In this document: piece after piece, positions 58,193 through 64,000 of the stretch | Numbering within the stretch: the first letter of the stretch is position 1 | How the letters are laid out: each line of letters opens with the position of its first letter | Origin: Planctomycetota bacterium | GTDB taxonomy: Bacteria; Planctomycetota; JAJSAM01; JAJVHW01 | Direction of reading: 5' to 3' | Length of the DNA stretch: 64,000 nucleotides | Assembly (NCBI GenBank): GCA_965248445.1 | Contig: CBDFJG010000002.1 | Span: 834,528 to 898,527 of the forward strand | The notes under the pieces: model-generated | What the model was told of the DNA's origin: nothing | The model's database searches: none | The model's input: only the letters and a program-made list of their open reading frames with translations | Translations under genes and position numbers: made by a program

Positions 58193-59324
58193 GGGAGAGG
58201 GCCTCGGCCGAGGCGAGTTCCGACACCTCCCCGGCGAGCCCGATGTCGGAACCGAAGGCGGCGAAGAGGAGCGGGAGCTCGTGGAGTGCGGCGCGAGCGG
58301 CGGGCTTGGACTGCGCGACGCGGTCGCGATCCTCGGGACGCACGCCGCGAACGCGGTAGGCGTCGATGGCGTCACGCAGCTTCTTGGCCGAGCGCAGCAC
58401 CTCGGCCAGGTAGTCGCGCTCGCCGGGCTCGGTCAGCTCGCGGAGTTCTGCGAGGGTCTCTGCGCCGAGTTCGAGCGCCTGCTCGATCTGTTGGCGCGAG
58501 AGCTTGATCTGGCGGTTCAGCACCGCGCGGCGCGCGTGGGGGACGGCGCGCTCCAGGGCATCCACCGCCTCGGCGAACGCGGCGGCGCGACGGACGGTCT
58601 TCTCGCCGACGCCAGCAGCGGAAGCGAGGCGCACCGAAGACTGGTCACTTTGACCAGTCTTCCCTCGCCGGCCGTGCTCCCGCTTCTCCGCGCTGTACTG
58701 CCGCCCGAGGTAGTACATCGCCCAGTGCGACGTGAGCGAGCGCCGGGTCCGCTGCGCCGTGACGAACCACGCAACCGCCGCCGCGCGGTCGGGGAAGGAG
58801 AGCTTCGTGACCTGGAACGCGATGCCGTCCTCGCGACAGATCGCCAGCCGGTTGTGGCCGTCGAGCAGGACGTCCTGCTCCTGCCACACCACCAGCGCGT
58901 CGCGGCAGCCCTCGGTGCGGAGCGACTCACGCAGCGCCGCGCGCGTGGCGTCGTCCATCGGCGCACCGAGTTCGACGAGTTCGGGGTCGATGCGGGGCGA
59001 CCCGGTGGCGGCGGTTGCCTCGCGAAGAACGTAGGGAACGTCGTCTGCTCGACGGAGCCGCGTCCACTTGGGCTCGCCCTTGGCCTTCGCGTAGACGCGG
59101 GAGCACCGCGGCGGCGAGATCGGCAGGTCGAATGAGAGGAGTCCGCTCGCGACGGACTCGGCGATCTCCTCGGGACCGGCGAGCACCGACGCCTCGACGC
59201 CCGGCTCGGCGTTGACGGTCTCGGGTTCGTCGTCCCCGCAGAGCGCCGCCTCCAGGACGGCGGAGCCCGCCGGAGTCCGCCAGGCCAGGTCGAGGTCGGT
59301 CAGCGCGACGGCGTAGCGGGTCAT
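58185..59324 (-). CDS. ParB/Srx-like domain protein with HTH
   Basis: LRESLRTEGCRDALVVW..LLDGHNRLAIC..Q..RRSLT; HTH LASAAGVGEKTVRRA. Confidence 0.78.
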   Translation of the reverse strand: MTRYAVALTDLDLAWRTPAGSAVLEAALCGDDEPETVNAEPGVEASVLAGPEEIAESVASGLLSFDLPISPPRCSRVYAKAKGEPKWTRLRRADDVPYVLREATAATGSPRIDPELVELGAPMDDATRAALRESLRTEGCRDALVVWQEQDVLLDGHNRLAICREDGIAFQVTKLSFPDRAAAVAWFVTAQRTRRSLTSHWAMYYLGRQYSAEKREHGRRGKTGQSDQSSVRLASAAGVGEKTVRRAAAFAEAVDALERAVPHARRAVLNRQIKLSRQQIEQALELGAETLAELRELTEPGERDYLAEVLRSAKKLRDAIDAYRVRGVRPEDRDRVAQSKPAARAALHELPLLFAAFGSDIGLAGEVSELASAEALSHG

Positions 59325-59698
59325 CGGAGGACCCTTCGCCGCTTGCGACCGAACCCGCCGTTCTCGCGCACGGTTTTGCGGCCATGGCAGGAGCGGCAGA
59401 GCGTGCAGAGGTTCGACGGTGCGTGGTTCTCCCGGTTGCCGTCGATGTGATCGACCTGGAGGTGCTCGTTGGTGCCGCAGACCTCGCACGCCGGGTGCCG
59501 CCTGAGGTGCCATTCGCGGATGCCGCCCTTGCCACTCCACGACCTCGGGTAGCGCTTCGAGCCGGAGGGCCGCATCGAGTCGATCTCAGCCCGCCGCGCT
59601 CGCAGGTGCCGGTGCGCGTGCTCAGGGCAGCGCGCCCCGCCCCGCACGAGAGCAGGACAACCGGTGTGGGCGCAGCCGCGGGGAGGTCGGTGTGGCAC
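59321..59698 (-). CDS. Packaging-associated HNH endonuclease (HK97 gp74-like)
   Basis: N-terminal CAHTGCP..CPEH; HPACEVC..VDHID..NLCTLCRSCHGRKT; upstream of the terminase genes. Confidence 0.87.
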   Translation of the reverse strand: MPHRPPRGCAHTGCPALVRGGARCPEHAHRHLRARRAEIDSMRPSGSKRYPRSWSGKGGIREWHLRRHPACEVCGTNEHLQVDHIDGNRENHAPSNLCTLCRSCHGRKTVRENGGFGRKRRRVLR

Positions 59699-59745
59699 GC
59701 CCCCAAAGTGCGGCCGCACGGAGTGTCGTGCCACTCGGCCCGGCG

Positions 59746-60198
59746 TCAGCGCATGCGGGCGTGGCGTGGGGCGTGCCGAGGCGAGCGGCGCACACCCCCG
59801 GCACGCCAGCCCTCCGTCTGCGCGCGGTGCTCGAGCCAGCACTCGGCGCTGCAGTAGAAGCGCTTGGGCGGCCGGATGAAGCAGCCGCAGACCTTGCACG
59901 AGGGCGATCCGCTCAGCACGCGATCCGAGCGGTCGAGGCGCGGAAGCGGAGGGATGATCTGCATGGGTGGCGGCGGCGGGAAACCGCACACCGGACACAC
60001 GTCGATCAGCGGCAGACGGGAGCGGAGCCAACTGCGGGCGACGGCGATCTCCGGGCAGCCCATCCGGCGCATGCGTTCCTGCTGTTCCTCGCAGAGCGCG
60101 CAGTCCCCGTGCGGACAACAGGCCACGCCGTGAAGTAGCCCGGCGAGGCAGTGCTGCGCCTCGCGGTTCCACGCGATGCAGGGCCAGGACCTGCTCAC
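59746..60198 (-). CDS. Cys-rich (zinc-finger-like) hypothetical protein
   Basis: GTGA overlap; CALC, CPVCG, CKVCG and YCSAEC motifs. Confidence 0.55.
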   Translation of the reverse strand: MSRSWPCIAWNREAQHCLAGLLHGVACCPHGDCALCEEQQERMRRMGCPEIAVARSWLRSRLPLIDVCPVCGFPPPPPMQIIPPLPRLDRSDRVLSGSPSCKVCGCFIRPPKRFYCSAECWLEHRAQTEGWRAGGVRRSPRHAPRHARMR

Positions 60199-60560
60199 CC
60201 ATCCCACACAGGAAGCCCGTCGACGCCGATCCGCGGCGGCGCGTAGTTGGCGGAATCGAATGTGCGCGCGGCTTCTCGAAGCGCGTCTTCGCCGAGGAAG
60301 GGGAGTGCGAGCGCGTGGACCTGCGCGAAGCGTCGCCGGATCTCCTCGAACCGGTCCTGCGGGAGGCGCCCCGCGTCGAACTGCTCTCTGGCTCGCGCCA
60401 CGTTGCGGCGAAGCCAGGCGTAGTACGGCGGATCGAGCCGCCGGTAACACACGCCGCTGACCACGACGTCGTCTGCGAGGACGTACGGGGGGCGGGATTC
60501 GATGATGTCGAGGTCGGTCGCGACCCACACCGCCGCGCCGGCAGAAACGCAGGTGCCCAT
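60195..60560 (-). CDS. Phage hypothetical protein
   Basis: 121 aa (YRRLDPPYYAWLRR); first gene of the co-oriented late block. Confidence 0.65.
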   Translation of the reverse strand: MGTCVSAGAAVWVATDLDIIESRPPYVLADDVVVSGVCYRRLDPPYYAWLRRNVARAREQFDAGRLPQDRFEEIRRRFAQVHALALPFLGEDALREAARTFDSANYAPPRIGVDGLPVWDG

Positions 60561-60599
60561 ACTGGTGTCCTACCGAGAACGCCGGCGAAGTGGCGGTGG

Positions 60600-60970
60600 G
60601 CGGGACGTGCGGGATGTCGCGCCCGCGATGCGGAGAGTCGTGCGGGATGCCGCAGAGCACTACCCGCGACGCAAGTGCCTATACTGCAAGGACTTGCGGA
60701 TTGTTGCGGGGGATTGCGGGGAGTTTTGGCGCTACCCCGCAGGTGCGTGCCCGCATGTGCGTGCGCGCGTAAGCGTGTGCGCGTAAGCGTGTGCGAGCGC
60801 GCGTAAGAGATCTTCTTGATTGCTACTGCGCGCGCGCACACACCTGCGAAGGGTTAGAGAAGTATCCCGCAACATCCAGGACGTGGAGCTAAGTAGCTTC
60901 TCCACAAGGACTTCCGTTGCGGAGAACTCTGCGGGATGTGCTCCCTGACATCCCGCGCACATCCCGCAGA
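60600..60970. repeat. Repeat-rich region (GCGGGA(T/C)G / CATCCCGC units and GCGCGTAAG repeats)
   Basis: GCGGGA-type units at 60600, 60609, 60642, 60931 and inverted ATCCCGC at 60864, 60950, 60961; GCGCGTAAG three times in 60765-60808. Confidence 0.7.
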
Positions 60971-61029
60971 TTGGGCGGCTCGACCGCGCCGCCCCCCGGT
61001 TCCCGAAGGTCGCGGTCGGTACACTCGTG

Positions 61030-61068
61030 GCCGCTGCTCGCGGCTGAGCGGCAATACGTTGGGAGGCC
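61030..61068 (+). other. Right half of an attC-like site (L'/R')
   Basis: GCCGCTGCTCGCGGCTGAGCGGC-aatac-GTTGGGAGGCC directly before the gene. Confidence 0.7.
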
Positions 61069-61083
61069 TGGCGGACGCTCAGA

Positions 61084-61554
61084 ATGGCCGGTGTTTTCGA
61101 ACTCAAGACCGCGCGCGACCTGTTCGAGAAGCTCAAGCTGGATCACGCCGCGCTTGAAGCGTCGCCACTCGACTCCTGCCGCGCATTCAACTTCGTAGTC
61201 ACCGCGTGGCACCTGCGCGAGTGGAGGTTTCGCGCGCCCGAGGATCGAGCTGAGGTGTGTCGTCGCCATCCCATTCTCCGGGTCTGCGAACATCTCGCGG
61301 TTGGCGCCAAGCACTTCGAGCCGTCATCCTCGCGCCACGACTCCGTTGCGGATAGCGGACGGGGCGGTGCCTGGGCTTCGGGAGTCTGGGCCCCGGGGGT
61401 TTGGGCAGAGGGCGTCTGGGCGGAGTGGCTGAGCATCGAGCTTGACGGCGATGCCAGGGATCGCTTCGGTGACTCACTGAACGTTCTCAAGTTCGCTGCC
61501 TTGGTCATGGATGCCTGGAACGCGGAGTTCGGCTCGCAACAGTCGGCCTCCTGA
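61084..61554 (+). CDS. Cassette-like hypothetical protein (possibly HEPN-like helical) with GxWA repeats
   Basis: DLFEKL..AFNFVVTAWHLREW..LAVGAKH; GAWAS-GVWAP-GVWAE-GVWAE; the stop codon lies within the R''-like box. Confidence 0.72.
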   Translation: MAGVFELKTARDLFEKLKLDHAALEASPLDSCRAFNFVVTAWHLREWRFRAPEDRAEVCRRHPILRVCEHLAVGAKHFEPSSSRHDSVADSGRGGAWASGVWAPGVWAEGVWAEWLSIELDGDARDRFGDSLNVLKFAALVMDAWNAEFGSQQSAS

Positions 61555-61582
61555 CAAGCCGCTGCAGCCGACGAGCGGCGGC
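61545..61582 (+). other. Left half of an attC-like site (R''/L'')
   Basis: GGCCTCCTGAC-aa-GCCGCTGCAGCCGACGAGCGGCGGC, complementary to 61030-61068 with two bulged bases. Confidence 0.7.
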
Positions 61583-61842
61583 AACCCGTCACGCGACCAC
61601 GGCACACGCTCGCGACGGCTCGCACCCGAGCCCCTGTCGCCACCCTGCCGTAGCCTCCTCCCGCTCGGCCGCGAACCCCTACGCGGCACGGATGGAAGAC
61701 CTCGACGACGTGAAGCACAAGATGGCCCCCCTCTCGGGCCGCGATCCAGACCTCCCACGGCAGGGCGCTGCCGTGGTCGAAGGACGGTGCGTCGATACGA
61801 GGACCGTGCCCGACCGCGACCGAATTCCGCGCGCTCGAGGTC

Positions 61843-63000
61843 GTGGTTGTGCCCGTTCGTTTCTCTCCTCCCGTCTTCTTCCTCCAGGTCTCCAATGAAC
61901 TTCTCAGGACGTACTTCGCTCGCCGCGGTGAGCTGACCGACTTCCCCTGGCGCCGCTTCACGCTTGGCAACTGCGATCCCGCCTTCGAGGCGTGGTGCGC
62001 CCTTCCCGAAGGGTCTCGGGAAGAGAGCGAGAGCGAGCTGCGCGCCGTCGCCGAGCTCGGTACCCGTGAGGGGCTGGCGCTGCTGGTCGAGCAGGCCCGG
62101 CTGCGCGGGATCGACATCACGCGGGACATCGACCGGCTGAGCGGATTGTGGCACCGCGCCTTCTGGGTGTTCGTGGTGCACCCCGACGTCTTCGACGCTG
62201 CGCGCCAGCTCCACCACGTGGACCACCTGCACGGTCGGTACTGGCGCACACGGGGCGGTCTCGTCACGCGGTTGCCGGACGAGTCGTCGGCGACGCGATC
62301 CGCGCTCGGCGAGGCGCTCTCGGCCTACTTCCGGGAACGCCAGGGCGGCGGCGAGTACTGCGACGTGCACTGCTACCACCGCGCCGGAAAGCACTGGTTC
62401 CTGGCCTACCCGCAGGACGTGCCCGAGTCCGTTCTCGGCTACGAGGAGGGGGCCCTGCGCTCACGCAGTCAGCGCCCGGTCTTCGAGGTGGTCTACGCCT
62501 TCGATCCCGCGGCCGGCACGCTCGATCTCCATGCGCGCGGGGACCGGCGCATGCACGAGGACCTGCAGAAGATCTACTCGCGCGTCGTGCTCGGAGCGGA
62601 CCTGCCGCCCGAGACGCTCCCGCCCAGCCCGTACCGGATTGACCGGCTCAAGAGACGCGGCTTCCCGTTCCCCGTCGACCCTGCGGACCAGATCCAGGAG
62701 GTCCGCGTGAAGGCGCTCCGGCTGCGGATACTCGGCGGCGGACGACTCACCTTCGACGCCGGGCCGATCCGCCAGCGCACCGACGTCTACGACCTGATGG
62801 AGCGCACGCTCGACGGCGAGCGTCTGCCGCTGTCGAACGTCGACGTCGATGTCGCCACGCTGCAACTGGTCTTCGCCTGGGCGAAGGGCCCGCGCACGCT
62901 CACGTTCAACCTCCGGGCCGACTCCTGCAACCTGCGCGACGCACCCGAGCACCTGGTCGCCAGGCGCTGTCTTCGGCGCTGGGAGTTCGCCTGTGCGTGA
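61843..63000 (+). CDS. Prophage/island-associated hypothetical protein, 385 aa
   Basis: Long ORF with protein-like composition (FSPPVFFLQVSNELLRTYF..RPVFEVVYAFD..CNLRD); function not recognised. Confidence 0.75.
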   Translation: MVVPVRFSPPVFFLQVSNELLRTYFARRGELTDFPWRRFTLGNCDPAFEAWCALPEGSREESESELRAVAELGTREGLALLVEQARLRGIDITRDIDRLSGLWHRAFWVFVVHPDVFDAARQLHHVDHLHGRYWRTRGGLVTRLPDESSATRSALGEALSAYFRERQGGGEYCDVHCYHRAGKHWFLAYPQDVPESVLGYEEGALRSRSQRPVFEVVYAFDPAAGTLDLHARGDRRMHEDLQKIYSRVVLGADLPPETLPPSPYRIDRLKRRGFPFPVDPADQIQEVRVKALRLRILGGGRLTFDAGPIRQRTDVYDLMERTLDGERLPLSNVDVDVATLQLVFAWAKGPRTLTFNLRADSCNLRDAPEHLVARRCLRRWEFACA

Positions 63001-64000
63001 GGCGTTCGGCGAGATCGAGCGGCGGGCGGACATCGCGCATCCGCGACTCTCGTTCGCGGAGAGTCAGCGGATCGAGGGGAGCAGGTGGTCTCGCCTGGTC
63101 GATGCCGGACTGCTGCGGCGTACCGAGAACGCGAGCTGGGTCGAGTGCGCGTCCTGCGGCGAGGAGGAGGACGTGGTGTGGGCCCGGGGGACGGCCGAGG
63201 CGCCGGCGCTGCCCTACACGCACTGCAGCGAATTCGGCGTGCTGCCGGTCGAGCCCGAACGGATCGCCCAGTGGGAGGTCGATCTGCTGCGCGTGGCCGA
63301 GTGGCTTGCCGAGGGCCTCGGATCGGGGGCGCGCGTCGAGGAACTCGTCACGGGGCGGCTGTGGCTTCTCGGCCGCGTTCGTGTGGGCCGTCAGCCGCAC
63401 GAGGTGCTTCTCGCCAGGCGGCTCGCGTGGCCCGATGGCCGCGACGCCGTGCGGAACTGCGCGCGGATTGCTGCCGCGATCAGCCCGGTTGTCCTGGTCG
63501 CCGGCATCCTCCCGAGGGAGTCGGAGTGGGGAGATCCCGCGCCCCGGTTCCTGGCTCTGTCCAGCGTGCTGAGTGGTGAGGGCGGACCCGGCGCCCTCGA
63601 CCTCGAGGTTCTGGCGGCCGCTCTCGGAGAGAGCTCGCGCAGTCGCCGCACAGAGCCGCCCGCGCGGTTTCCGACGCCGGCGGGCGCAACCTGGCGTGAC
63701 GTCGAGATCTGCTTCCTCGATACCCAGACGGTGGCGGTCCGCGTCGGCACCGAGCACGGCCGCTACACGTACGCGCAGATGGGCATGGCCGATGGGCGCA
63801 CCGCGGCGCCGACGGAGCAGTGGAAGCTGCTGCACCTCCTGGCCGAGTCCCACGGCTGGCTCGACTGGGGCAACCGTGGCGCGTCGCGGCGGCTCAAGAA
63901 GCGCTGCGAGCGACTTGTCGCCGACCTACGCGGAGTCTTCGGGATCGAGGACGGCGCGCCCGTCGAGTACTGCCCCGCCGACAAGGGCTGGCGCACCGTG
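62993..64000 (+). CDS. Hypothetical protein with CxxC..HC zinc site and possible C-terminal DNA-binding domain; runs off the window
   Basis: Absent from the ORF track (no stop in window); GTG 62993 reads MREAFGEIERRAD..VECASCG..YTHCSEFG..RFPTPAGATW..QWKLL..DKGWRTV. Confidence 0.72.
   Translation, partial: MREAFGEIERRADIAHPRLSFAESQRIEGSRWSRLVDAGLLRRTENASWVECASCGEEEDVVWARGTAEAPALPYTHCSEFGVLPVEPERIAQWEVDLLRVAEWLAEGLGSGARVEELVTGRLWLLGRVRVGRQPHEVLLARRLAWPDGRDAVRNCARIAAAISPVVLVAGILPRESEWGDPAPRFLALSSVLSGEGGPGALDLEVLAAALGESSRSRRTEPPARFPTPAGATWRDVEICFLDTQTVAVRVGTEHGRYTYAQMGMADGRTAAPTEQWKLLHLLAESHGWLDWGNRGASRRLKKRCERLVADLRGVFGIEDGAPVEYCPADKGWRTV

Larger units (their letters stand above)
31444..64000 (-). 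mobile_element. Prophage, HK97-like siphovirus morphogenesis operon, continuing past the window edge
   Basis: Co-oriented HNH, ParB/MTase, terS, terL, portal, ClpP protease, capsid, connectors, tail tube, chaperones, tape measure, distal tail, tip and holin-like genes. The left boundary may extend to the att core at 20780. Confidence 0.93.

Noticed and set aside
59321..60841. 506-aa HNH fusion protein
   Set aside because: Only the last 125 aa are HNH-like; the upstream part overlaps two better ORFs and the repeat field.

Overview
GC-rich bacterial DNA; the many secreted carboxypeptidase-regulatory-like proteins suggest a Planctomycetota-like host (inference only). Three zones. (1) 261-18330: a host-like segment (glyA, a DUF2868/DUF3482-type GTPase pair, secreted proteins, an IS1595) bracketed by two apparently identical, inverted 1532-bp single-ORF IS66 elements. 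(2) 18331-31200: an accessory zone with a 3' tRNA-Pro(CGG) fragment flanked on both sides by arm-type repeats (attP-like junction), several IS fragments, a three-gene locus with a signal-peptide-bearing RHS protein, and a Shedu (SduA/DUF4263) nuclease beside an IS-truncated HNH gene. (3) ~31400-64000: a minus-strand HK97-like siphovirus prophage with a coherent head-tail operon, a class 3 intein in the terminase Walker A motif, two free-standing homing-type endonucleases, a G/GT chaperone frameshift, and inserted cargo (an antisense PLD-nuclease + unknown gene pair between terminase and portal, a DUF2924 two-gene moron in the tail operon, and an integron-like cassette with attC half-sites where the replication gene is expected). 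No integrase, endolysin or replication gene is recognisable in the window. The best candidates for undescribed systems are the PLD pair (51018-53150), the RHS triad (21887-29575) and the cassette (61030-61582). Family calls come from motif recognition, not database searches.
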